This document shows, piece by piece, positions 22,648-33,245 of a DNA stretch of 64,000 nucleotides. The notes under the pieces were generated by a model that did no database searches, was not told where the DNA came from, and was given only the letters and a program-made list of their open reading frames with translations. Origin of the DNA: Rhizodiscina lignyota (taxonomy: Eukaryota); the NCBI GenBank assembly GCA_010015805.1, contig ML978135.1, forward strand, positions 1 to 64,000, given 5' to 3'. Every line of letters begins with the position of its first letter. Position 1 is the first letter of the stretch. The translations under genes and the position numbers were made by a program.

Positions 22648-23778
22648 ATGGAGCAATCCACTTTGGGCCGTCGCGGTCTCGGCCTCCGTGGCGTTGACCA
22701 CAACCTCGTCTCCCCGGGCTACGTCCTCTTCGCGCACCTCACATCGCCCGGCATCGTACGTCTCATCTCAACCGCCGGCCACGAAGTGCACCGCTGGAAC
22801 CTACCCTACCGTCCTGGCCGACACGCGCGCATCCTGCCCAACGGCAATCTCGCATACAATGGCGTGCATCCCGACGGACCAGATCTATTCCCCATGTTCG
22901 CAAAGTACCGTGGCGGCATGATGATGGAGGTCGATCCTCAGGGAAAGGTGGTCAGATGTCACGAAGACCCGTTGGCGCACCATGACCAGAACCAGCTCGG
23001 AAACGGCGAGATCATCTACACGACTTTAGAAGCCGTGACACCGGAGCAAGCGGCGTCTATCCCCGGCGGGATACCAGACAGCGAGGCCCCCGACGGCAAC
23101 ATCTACGCCGATTGCATCAAGCACGTCGACGGCGAGGGGAAACTGCTCTGGAGCTGGAAAGCCATCGAGCACCTGGACCCAGCAAAATTCCCTCTACATC
23201 CGCACTACGCACGCGAGCACTATCCGCTAATCAACAGCGTGTCGATCCTCTCCGATGGCAACATCCTCGCGTCGCTGCGCTCCGTCTCCGGCGTGATCAT
23301 CATCTCCCGCGAGACCAAGGACGTGATATGGCACCTCGACAGCACCGTCGTGTCGCAGCAGCACTTCGCCTCCGAACTCTCCCCCTCAGGCGACATCCTG
23401 ATCTTCGATAACGGCACGTTCCGGTACCGCGAGAGCGCGACCTACAGCCGTGTGATTCAGGTCTCGCGGGCGACAAAGCAGATAACATGGCAGTACAAGG
23501 ACCCGAATCCGATGACGTTCTTCAGCGCGTTCATGGGCGGGGCGCAGCGGCTCGCGAACGGGAACACGTTCATCACGGAGGCGGCGTTCGGGCGGATGTT
23601 CGAGGTGACGCCGGACGGGAAGATGGTGTGGGAGTACGTGAACGAGGACTTTGCCGACTACAGCAAGCTGGAGGGGGCGGAGGCAGCACAGAGTATGTTC
23701 GACTACCCTAGCAATGCGGTTTTTAGGGCGTATAAATATACGCCGGAGGAGATTCCCTGGTTGAAACTGCCGAATTGA
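22648..23778 (+). CDS. Arylsulfotransferase (ASST)-like beta-propeller protein, intronless, no signal peptide
   Basis: PGYVLF, VHRWNLPY, LPNGNL, AHHD, W.WKA.EHL, LINSV..L.DGNILASLR, SQQH, ILIFDNG, AQRLANGNTFITE, VWEYVN, VFRAYKY. First ATG at 22648. Confidence 0.82.
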   Translation: MEQSTLGRRGLGLRGVDHNLVSPGYVLFAHLTSPGIVRLISTAGHEVHRWNLPYRPGRHARILPNGNLAYNGVHPDGPDLFPMFAKYRGGMMMEVDPQGKVVRCHEDPLAHHDQNQLGNGEIIYTTLEAVTPEQAASIPGGIPDSEAPDGNIYADCIKHVDGEGKLLWSWKAIEHLDPAKFPLHPHYAREHYPLINSVSILSDGNILASLRSVSGVIIISRETKDVIWHLDSTVVSQQHFASELSPSGDILIFDNGTFRYRESATYSRVIQVSRATKQITWQYKDPNPMTFFSAFMGGAQRLANGNTFITEAAFGRMFEVTPDGKMVWEYVNEDFADYSKLEGAEAAQSMFDYPSNAVFRAYKYTPEEIPWLKLPN

Positions 23779-24478
23779 GGATTGAGGGCTTGATACTGAG
23801 TCGACTTCATGCTCGAGAGGTAGCCAGGCTCGAGAGTGACAGAATGGTTTGGAGGCGGGGAAGCTGTAATTTGTAAGGGTGGGCAGCTCTTGCTATTCAA
23901 GATGAGTGGGAGTATCTCTTGAAACTTAGTCTACGATCGTTAGAGCGTATACGACAATAGCAACACTTTTGAAAATCCTAACGCTGTGTTAGACTAAGAC
24001 GCTATGCAGCAAAGCCGCTAGATACGTTAGCACCTCGAATTGCAGAGAGCTTGAGACCTATCCATTTCCAGGGGAGGTTGCGATGATTCAGGTTGCATCT
24101 TGTCTTCATCTCACTTTCCTGCGCAGTCTCAATTACTTGTGTCGTGTCCATGATGTCTGCAAGATATTCTAGCTCCTACTTCAATGGTATCGGTTCAGTA
24201 GGATTCAGACAAACAGAATATTCATCTCGCGTTTAGAATGGTTTTCTATTTACTTTGTTCCCAATTTCCTTGATGGATACTGTGGAATTTTCACACGCAG
24301 AGTATGATTATGTCCTACCATCTGTTATCCCTTAATGTAGCAGAGACGCCCGCCCAATCTTGTCTGCAATTGTGGAGTATTTCGTGAAGGACATCAGCAC
24401 ATGTTCAGCCGTTCTGGGTATGAATCACATTCAGAGCTTGGTGCTAGAACGTCTTAACACCGATTATGATCAAAGGCT

Positions 24479-26460
24479 TTAGCAGATAATGAAATCCTCC
24501 TCTTCCCTGCCTTGTGTATGGATGTAGTTATCAAATATGCTTGTGGAGTGAAACTTATCGGCATATTCGGAAGCCTCGTCACAGGCAGTGAGTTCCTGGT
24601 GCTCGCACAAGAAGCAGTCTCCGCTAACAAGATGCCAGAAGCCTCCGGGAATCTGACGCAAAATGCAAGGCGAATAAGCCCCTCTGACAATGCACACAAT
24701 GTCTCCCTCCTGTGAATTTTGAGGAGCAATTCCAATTTCGCCGTGTTCTGTGACGAATATCCGACAGTTGTCCATGGTCGTCCTAAAATTGGCGATTGTT
24801 TCAGAATGGAATCTATCACCTGGTTCAAGGCTACTAGCAATTCTATGCAGGTCGGACTCGGGGCACGAACTGTACTGTTTATACAGGTGCATTAGTGACA
24901 GAAGCCTAGTTGCTCTAGCCTTGGCCTAGTGACTTACACTATAAAAGCCGCGTGTGAACCACATCACAAAATCACTACTGCAACAAGGCAGTTGCATTGC
25001 TTACAAGTCAGTATTCCAACGACCTTGAAGTCTAAACTCCCGTACTCACCAGCCAATAAATCTGGCGGCACAAATATACGGGAGTGGCGGCAGTGGAAGA
25101 TATTGAGCAATTCCAAGAATGCTTGTTCGGCATCGTCGAAACTAAAGAACGAAAACGCGGCGCTTTGGGAGCGAATTGTACCGAAGCGAACGCCCTTTAC
25201 TTTCAAGGCATCGTGGTTTCCAACTGGCCACAGCCCGTAGCCTGACATTTTCGGAGTACTCTCATGGCTTGTATGCTTTGTACAGCTCGCATCGCGTTGA
25301 TCTGTTCTGGAAGCTTCGGCCTCCTCTGAAAATTCATTTTCAACGGCTTTCTGGAGGTTGAGTCCCCAAATATCACAATAGTAATTCTGGGACCAATCAG
25401 GGACCCAAGACGGCATATGTAGGGTATGTCCGTGGCGTGCTGCAGCCAAAAGCCAAAGTCCAGTGTGCGAAAGTAGGAGCTTCGCAACTCTGGTGAAAAT
25501 GACTTCAGGACTCTGGGTATAATCAATCAGTATATGTCTGATGTCTGAGTTAGACTCGAGCAAGGACAGAAGAGCGAAAACCCTATCTCTTGGGTCACTC
25601 GCGTACAGCTTCCTTGTAGCGAGGAGGATATTCCACAGGCCACCAATTGAATTGTACTCGTGGAACAACCGTAAGACAGGGGGATCCTCTTTCAAGGTCA
25701 CACGGGTTCCATGGTGGTATCCCATATTGCATGACTCCAGAGCGGCCAAGGAGCTTTGGTCAGTTCCACACATGACCGTCACAGTCGGATTTACAACAGC
25801 TTCTTGAACAACCCAGATACGTGAAAACCACGGCCGCTGGTAGAGGTATTCTAGCTCTTGTATTATCTCTTCGTTGGGCCATTGCCTGATAAATTTGCCA
25901 GTTGGTTCCCTTGTCTGGTCCGCGTCCGCGTCTGCGTCTGCAAGTTCTTCGAATAGAAGCCGGCTTCCTGGAGTCGCTTCGCCAAGATCAACTATGACTC
26001 CAGACGCCGAAGCAAAGATGCGATCCATGATCCGAACCTGGACGGACCGTTCTATATCGTTCTCCTGGTTGATACTGATGGCATCAATCCAAAGGTATCT
26101 GTCAGTGTCCTTCCGAAGCCGCCGAAGAGAGCTGTAACAATTTTGCGTCACCTCTAGGACGCTCGCCGGGTTTCTGCAGAATATTTTTCGCCTTGGGTAT
26201 TTTTCGCCCCAGGTGTATGAGAGCGCTTCGTACTCAGGCCGTGCATCAGATATACGGGCCCGCCAAATGGATATCAATATCGGAGCGGAATCATCGACGG
26301 AACAGTGAAGCTGTATGACGCGAATGGAATCATTATAGCGTAATGGGCGGTAGCTATATGTTGGTAGGTCAGACCTATGGAAGACTTCAGCTACACGTCG
26401 AGCTCTTTTGGCCTGGCCTATATCAACGGCGTGACCTTTGTTCGGTTCACGCGGTGACAT
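24479..26460 (-). CDS. Heterokaryon incompatibility (HET-domain, HET-6-like) protein; two introns near 24880-25050
   Basis: YEALSYTWG, LWIDAISINQ, QVRIMDRIF, RPWFSRIWVVQE, ASDPRDRVFALL, PSWVPDWS, and the C-terminal G.IGIAP..GDIVCIV.G...ILR..LVSGDCF block in the last exon. Confidence 0.9.
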
Positions 26461-27042
26461 GCTGCGCTGTAACAAAAATTCGAAATTTGAGGATGTTTTA
26501 AGAATATTGACTGCGAACGTTCAGAGATCCTTTATATTTAAGAACAAAGGAAGAAGGGAATCGACAGAGAGAGAAAAGAGAGGTCAAGCAAGGCTGAGAC
26601 AACTGGTTTCTGTGCTTGTATGGCCTCTCTTCGTCTATCATGTGCTTCGCCACAAACAGACAGACAACAACCAGAATTAAATGAACATAACGAAAGGCTG
26701 CCCCGGATGAAAGCTGCGGCCGATATTCTCGTTCACCCTTGATCAGGTTGTACGGAGCACTGTACCAAGTTCTGGGAGGCAGATTCAGATGATACGCTTT
26801 CCATGATTAACGATGGTTTGGAGCTATCAATAAGCTAAATACAACTCGAAGAGTACAGACGCAGCCAACAAGGCAGTCGTATTACCCATGCAAATTTTGC
26901 TCCTTTTCCAATGCCATAAGATCCCAAAAGCACGATTACAAAACGCCGAGCTTTGCTACATATCGACAAGAATGATGCCCTGCGTATCCCTTTTCACGCC
27001 GAACCGCCCTCTACCCCGTACCAGTCTCATCTACCAATCACC

Positions 27043-28362
27043 TCAGAATCTTTCCCTAGGCCCATTGCCATGATTCTCGAACAGGTCCTCCAGGTACGCA
27101 CTCGGCGTCCTTCCTCCAGGTTGCTGCGTTCCACCTGGCACATTCAAGTTCAGACTGCTGTAACTGGGCGCGCTGTACAACCCGCCCGTCGGCCCGCTGA
27201 CCTGTCCCACCACAGAGCTCGCGTTTCCAGGCGACAATGTTCTCGACGCCGTTCCAGAGGGTGCTGTGGGCCCCAAAGCAGGCGAGCCAGGCGGCGAAGG
27301 GCCGAACGACTGTGTACGCTGGTAGCCCGCAGATTCTGCGCGCAGGCCGGAGAGGCGGTCGCTGAGGGGATTGAGGATGCTCGATCCACGTTGGCCGGCG
27401 GCGTGCGCGTTGATGTGAGTGGTGCTTTGTCCTCCCGCTGGCTGTGATGAGCCTGAGGCGTAGTATCCGGCTGGAAGCAAGTTCGAGGCGCGATTGCCGG
27501 CGGAGAGATGTGCGGCGGGTGCTTGGCTGTGGTGGCCAGCGCCTGCTGTAGGTGAGAAGAATAGATTCTGTGTGCTTGCGCGAGCGTTTAGAAGAGTGGA
27601 TGGAGTTCCACCTCCCAGCGAAGACGAGTGCTTGTGGGAACTGCGCTTCTTGTTGGATGCTGGAGCCGCGAGGTGCTCCATCGAGGCCATGGAGCCAACT
27701 GGCGGTTGGGAGTACACGGCTGAAGAAGGTGCCGCGTACATATTCGTCTTGAGATCAAACGTCTGGTGATGGGCGATTGCGGCACGCTTGACCGAGCGAG
27801 AGAGCGACCAGGCAACCATAGCGCGCCAAAGGAGGACGCAAGCACCGAAGAAACCAAGAATCGCACCGACGATGATGAAGACGCTGCCTTCTGGAAGGTT
27901 GGACTTCTGCATATAGGGCGCCTTTGCAGTGTTGGGGACTGTCGGTGTCGGATTGGTGGCACCGGCCACGGTTGGAAGATTTGACAGATGAAAGATGGGG
28001 CCAGTAGTAGATGAACTGGCTGGAGTGGAAGAGCTTATGTGGATACCATTTGAAAGAGTGACATCGACACCCGTGACCGTCGAGCCTTTGCTGTCGGTTG
28101 AGGTTGCCGCGGAGGTGGAGGTAGCTTTTGACGTGGTAGCCTTGCCGGTGTTCGATGTCGATGCTGCTTTCGTCGTCTCAGAGCTCTGATCGCTCGTGGA
28201 ATCCGAGCTACTAGGGCCGCCCACGGTCGATGCCGTCTTGAGGTTCGGCAGGTCGCTGAGCGATTGTGCCATACATTGCGTGGAGAGAATGAATAGGAGG
28301 AGTAGCGAGAGTGCAGCTGCTGCGCCGTGAGAGCCTCCTGAACGACCGTTGCTCCACCTCAT
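27043..28362 (-). CDS. CSI2-like type I membrane protein (signal peptide, Ser/Thr-rich ectodomain, one TM, disordered tail)
   Basis: APYMQKSNLPEGSVFIIVGAILG..LLWR..VAWSL.RSVKRAA, LFFSPTAG, C-terminal RTPSAYLEDLFENH. Confidence 0.8.
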   Translation of the reverse strand: MRWSNGRSGGSHGAAAALSLLLLFILSTQCMAQSLSDLPNLKTASTVGGPSSSDSTSDQSSETTKAASTSNTGKATTSKATSTSAATSTDSKGSTVTGVDVTLSNGIHISSSTPASSSTTGPIFHLSNLPTVAGATNPTPTVPNTAKAPYMQKSNLPEGSVFIIVGAILGFFGACVLLWRAMVAWSLSRSVKRAAIAHHQTFDLKTNMYAAPSSAVYSQPPVGSMASMEHLAAPASNKKRSSHKHSSSLGGGTPSTLLNARASTQNLFFSPTAGAGHHSQAPAAHLSAGNRASNLLPAGYYASGSSQPAGGQSTTHINAHAAGQRGSSILNPLSDRLSGLRAESAGYQRTQSFGPSPPGSPALGPTAPSGTASRTLSPGNASSVVGQVSGPTGGLYSAPSYSSLNLNVPGGTQQPGGRTPSAYLEDLFENHGNGPRERF

Positions 28363-29003
28363 CTTGCTGGATTGTACCTGAATGTGGGTATGTACGGGAT
28401 AGTGAAGGTCCCTTTGCTGTGATTATTGTGGTGTCCTTGGTATTATGAAGATTCGCGCGCGGAATGCGGTACCGGCGGCTCGGATATTAAACGTGTTCGC
28501 GGTCCGTCTTTGTTGTTCGCGCACAAGAGGCTCGACGAGGCTGTCGTATGTAGAGTAGAGGTTCTAAATATGCCCAGGCACTTGAAACGAAGGGTGACTG
28601 GGGGCGGGCGGTCGCCAACCTCAGACGTGCGAGGCTGTGGTCAGACTGAACGACGGGTGCCAGCCGCGCGAGCACAACAACGATCGGAGATCTGCAGCGA
28701 GCGAGGGCGATTGGAGAATTCAAGACGAACGAGGGTATGAATGCTGCAGAATGACGAAGCCGGCCGATTTCCAGACCGAGGGGTATTTTGAGAGCGAGTG
28801 AGGGGACAAAGTTGGACGAAGATGGTGAGATGCCACCAAACTGGGCTGAAGGGGAGGAGGACAGGCTTTGCAGCGCGCTAGCACACAACAGGCGCTAGTG
28901 GCCCAGCAACGGCGAGCCGCAGTGCAACACCACGCCAAGCCCCACTATCGATTTCTTCCAGAACAGGCCCACCCACGCGAATTGCGTCTATAGCAGCAAT
29001 ACA

Positions 29004-29650
29004 ATGGGCGTCGCGAAGAAGACGAGGAAGTTTGGCCAGTTCAAGCGCATCATCGGCCAGCGCGATGCCCGCCTCAAAAAGAACCAGATAGCCAACGATG
29101 CCGCCGTGCTCGAGGCGAAGAAGAAGAGCGATGCCGTGCGCGAAATGTATATCATCTTTTCCACCTCTTCTTCAGATACACTTGACTGACTGACCATTTC
29201 TGTAGCCCACAAGTCCCCTCCTCGCTCTTCTTTCAGCACAACACGGCACTCGCGCCGCCCTACAACGTCCTCATCGACACCAACTTCCTCTCGCACACCG
29301 TGCAGCACAAGCTCGAGCTGCTCTCCTCCATGATGGACTGCCTGTATGCCGAGTGCCGGCCCATCATCACATCCTGCGTTATGGCTGAGCTCGAAAAGCT
29401 CGGGCCCAAGTACCGCATTGCACTGCGCATCGCACGCGATGAGAGATGGCAGCGCCTGTCCTGCGATCACGAGGGCAACTATGCCGATGATTGTTTGGTT
29501 GAGACGGTCATGAGGCACAGGGTGTACATTGTCGGCACCAACGATAGGGATTTGAAAAGGCGCTTGCGCAAGATTCCCGGCGTGCCAATCATGAGCGTGG
29601 CGAGGGCGAAGTATGTCATTGAAAGGTTGCCGGATGCGCCTGAGAGATGA
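29004..29650 (+). CDS. FCF1: rRNA-processing PIN-domain nuclease Fcf1/Utp24; intron 29147-29205
   Basis: MGVAKKTRKF, PPYNVLIDTNF, CV.AELEKLG.KYR.AL, YADDCLV, RKIPGVPIM, IERLPDAP. Confidence 0.96.
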
Positions 29651-30019
29651 GATGGAAGACCGTCTGAAGGCATCTAAATTCACGGTTTTGGTATGCATAG
29701 CGTGGCGTTGATGGGCACATCACCATTTGGACGATGTCAGGATATCATAGACGCATTATGAACGAAATATTAGCTTTGGCTAATAGCGAGGGTATCATGG
29801 AACATGAACCCATCCTCTGTAATACATAGGAGAATCGAAAAGAAAACGGTAAATGAAGCGGATTAAAAGATGATCCCCATTCAACCCTCATCCAGTCTTT
29901 CATAATTCATCAACGCCGTAGGTCGCGGTCGCGTGACTCATTCATCTGCATGTCTCGTAACGAATAACGCCCACTATCATCACACCACGTTAACCGAAAG
30001 CAAAACCGAAAGGAAAAGA

Positions 30020-31966
30020 TTACAGCGCAGCACCAACTTCAAACAGCCCTTCCAGCAACGCCGCAACTCCCGCTCCCGCAGCGACCTTGCTCAAGTTCGA
30101 GCCCGTCTTGCTCCCCTTCTTGCTACTCCCGTGCGAATCTCTACGAGAGCGCGTCGACGATCGGGAGCCATCACGCGACCTCGAAACGGTAGGGCCGTCT
30201 CGATCCGAGTCCGACGTATTTGACGTGTTCGATGGGCTGGATCGTGACGAGCGCGGTCGGTATTCATCGCGTCGCTGAGAAGTTGAACGTGCCGTCGAGC
30301 GGTGGTAGTCTCGTGGGGTCTGGAGACGGGATGCTGACGCCAAACCTGGAATTGGTAACGGGCTTGAAACTGAGCGATCGAGGGCGGGATGTGACAGTTG
30401 CGGACGAGGTTTCTTGTAGCGCTGTTCCCAGAGTCGATTTGAGCGGCCAACAAGGGCTTCGACCTCAGGCTGGAACAAAAGGTTAGTCATATGGCGCTTG
30501 TGGAAAAAATTGTCTGATGGGAAGCTTACGAAAGTCAAGGCGCGGCGGATACAGTACAGTGTCTCCATCTTTGTTTGTCCGCCATCATTCCTCGGTACTT
30601 TGACTCTGTCGAACGAGTATCCCATGTCTTCTATGGCCGTCTCGCTAGCATATGTGGCAAGTATATCGGTTCCAGAATTCTTCTCCACATGCACTTGCGA
30701 TGGATCCAGTTGCGTATTCGAGTTTATGACCCTCTCATTCTCATGATCCCAGTACTTGTTGCCTACACGAAGTCTCCAGTGAATTGACTTTCTACCGTCT
30801 TGTACCTGCTCTGGATTTGGCTGCCTGACTGGTCTCGGAGTAGATGAAGCAGAGAAACTCGTGCGGGGGGACGATCCAGTCGACGAGGGGGGCTTGACAG
30901 GCGGGGCTGGAAAGTAAGACGCCGTACGGCCATTCCAAGAGCTAGGTGAAGTCGGCGACATGGGAGCTCTCGGTCGTCTCATTCTCTCTGGAATCCCGAT
31001 CGGTGATGTTGGCGTGCTTCTTGTCACTTCGTCTTCTTCTTCGTCAATGTGCGTGAGGATTGGGCCAGGGGGGCTCTTTAGACCATTGGAATATGTAGTG
31101 CCAGGCGGAGTTTCGTCGTCACTACTGTCGTCCGAATCGACTCTTGGCTGCTGTGATCTCCTGATTTCTAGGAGGCGAGTCCATCGTTCTAGCAGATAGT
31201 CTATGTAAGGAGATGAAGCGCGCCTGACCATGGCAAGCCTTTCCGTCTCGTTGGCAGCTCTCGTACCAACTAGAGTCGAGTCCTGGTATTTCGAGAGCTT
31301 GCTGGGATTTGGAGCGTGCTCCTCGAATAGCGTGAGGGCCTGAGCGCTCTGGTCCAGTGGAATAAGCTGCAGTCCAGAATCCGCATGTCGTCGGTGGTAG
31401 ATATCGAAGAGCTGTGCTGCGCGCAGAAACGATAGCTGCTGCTCGACCACCAAGCATTCCAATTGCATCTTTTCCAAAGATACGGCCTCTGAGCACATTG
31501 GATGTGAACCCTGTTGTTGTTGCAGCCCGGCCCATTCTATCACCTTCACGCTCTGAATCGCTTGCGACAGGACGTCCAGAGTCAACTTCAGCGATTCCAG
31601 ATGTCCGAGTAGATATTGCACCTTGGCCCGCGACACCTCGCTCCACTCCCATTTCTGTCCATATGTCAGAGACTTTCCATCTCTCACCATCTCCAGTGGT
31701 ACGACCGCCTCAATCTCCGTGAACACTGCCTGACATTGCTGCACGATATCCGCAATCGCATCCCCGGCCTCGGGGGTTGTCACCCGCGCATCCGCCCTCA
31801 AGCTCGCGCTGACTTGCCACAGTGCTCTCGTGAGGTCCTTAACGCATCTCGCGAGCTGTGAGGCGTCGGTTGTCGCAGCTGGTACACTGGCCGCGAAGTC
31901 GTAGAGCGCGAGGGAGAGCTTCGAACCGCGCGAGGCGATTTGTAGGATGGACGCGATTTCCGGCAT
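30020..31966 (-). CDS. Hypothetical protein with HeLo-like/STAND-associated fungal N-terminal helical domain; probable in-frame intron 30470-30529
   Basis: IASILQIA..G.KLS..LYDF, KVQYLLGHLESLKLTL; S/P/R-rich middle; 60-nt GTAAGC..ACTAAC..CAG intron. Confidence 0.72.
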   Translation of the reverse strand: MPEIASILQIASRGSKLSLALYDFAASVPAATTDASQLARCVKDLTRALWQVSASLRADARVTTPEAGDAIADIVQQCQAVFTEIEAVVPLEMVRDGKSLTYGQKWEWSEVSRAKVQYLLGHLESLKLTLDVLSQAIQSVKVIEWAGLQQQQGSHPMCSEAVSLEKMQLECLVVEQQLSFLRAAQLFDIYHRRHADSGLQLIPLDQSAQALTLFEEHAPNPSKLSKYQDSTLVGTRAANETERLAMVRRASSPYIDYLLERWTRLLEIRRSQQPRVDSDDSSDDETPPGTTYSNGLKSPPGPILTHIDEEEDEVTRSTPTSPIGIPERMRRPRAPMSPTSPSSWNGRTASYFPAPPVKPPSSTGSSPRTSFSASSTPRPVRQPNPEQVQDGRKSIHWRLRVGNKYWDHENERVINSNTQLDPSQVHVEKNSGTDILATYASETAIEDMGYSFDRVKVPRNDGGQTKMETLYCIRRALTFVSFPSDNFFHKRHMTNLLFQPEVEALVGRSNRLWEQRYKKPRPQLSHPALDRSVSSPLPIPGLASASRLQTPRDYHRSTARSTSQRRDEYRPRSSRSSPSNTSNTSDSDRDGPTVSRSRDGSRSSTRSRRDSHGSSKKGSKTGSNLSKVAAGAGVAALLEGLFEVGAAL

Positions 31967-33245
31967 CTATGTTATTCGCCCAGCGAGTGTGGTGCCTGCG
32001 GCAGCGGGGCGTAGAATGGGCGTTTGGGAGGCAGAAGAATTCGGATTTATGCTACAGGGCGTTGAGTCGCATGGTTGGGCGCACGAGAAAAATGTCTTTC
32101 CTGTTGGGGAAAGCAGTAAAACTGGGGAAGTATTGGGAGGCGAATAAAGGAGGGATATATTGCTGACGGTGGAGACCTAGACCCTAGGAAAAAGAAGAGA
32201 GCGCGAAAGCAATGAAAGGTTGAAGAGTAGAGCCAAGTCTCCTCCCTCTTGTTACGATATCTTTCGGTGCCCGCCATTCCGCGAAGGCACCACCAAGCGT
32301 CATAGTTGGCCAGCAACACCCTCCTTCTTGCGATCGGGAACGGATGCTCCCACTAGTCGACTCCAGGACGCCGGTGAAGTACGAGCAATCATTGGCAGTG
32401 CCTAGGTCCTTACTGCGAATGCGAATCAGGTGAGGGGGAGCTGACGACTTGCATATGCATGAAGCCGGATGGGATGACGGAGCTGGTGTGGGAACGCCTA
32501 TCCTGAGCTAACGTGCATTTTGCATCGCCCCGGAGCTAGACGAGGCTAGTCGTTTCGGTCAGCCCTTGGTAGATGCTTGGAGGTACTTTATTTCTACCAC
32601 GAGAGCCCTTCAGTTCTTGTCACAAATCTGACGACGTTTCTCTTACATCTCCGGCTGGTGGCAAAGGACAGACCGACTGGAGTCGGCGGCCCTTCTGCCA
32701 ATGCTATTACGAAGGTCGCACAGTTGCCTAAACACCGCCGGAGAGAATTATAACAGCTCAGAGTCAGAAGTCTAGTAGCCGGCCGAAAGTGAACTCGTTC
32801 AGCCTACCGGTGGATTGTTAAGCTTCCGAACTGATTCGTAGCTGCATACGATTGACGGGATGGCGCAAGGCATACATGATACTACGTGGATCGCAGAGTG
32901 AGGCTGCATGAATGAGATTGCCGTGGGGTGAACGAGTCTCTCATTACCTATCTATTTGAACAACTCGCGAGTCACACCGAAAGCGTAGCTCCTGACCGGA
33001 TATTTAACTTCCAATCAGAAGAGGGGCATGATGCGAACAAAACCTTGGCTTCGCTGATTCATAAATAGGTGTCACTGTACAACTACTGCCAGCGCGCAAG
33101 GCTCGACTCAGTCGACCGTGCGGTCTCGTTTATCGGCCTCCGTTTACACCCTATCGTGCATCTGCTAGATGCGGAAGCATATCATAATGGAGAAGATTGC
33201 CACGAGGAGTCTCTAAGAGCCTCATCCTCTCAGACTCGTCGTCGT

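Noticed and set aside
23900..24450. Possible RIP-mutated transposon relic
   Set aside because: Only mildly TA-rich; no transposase remnant, terminal repeats or target-site duplication visible.
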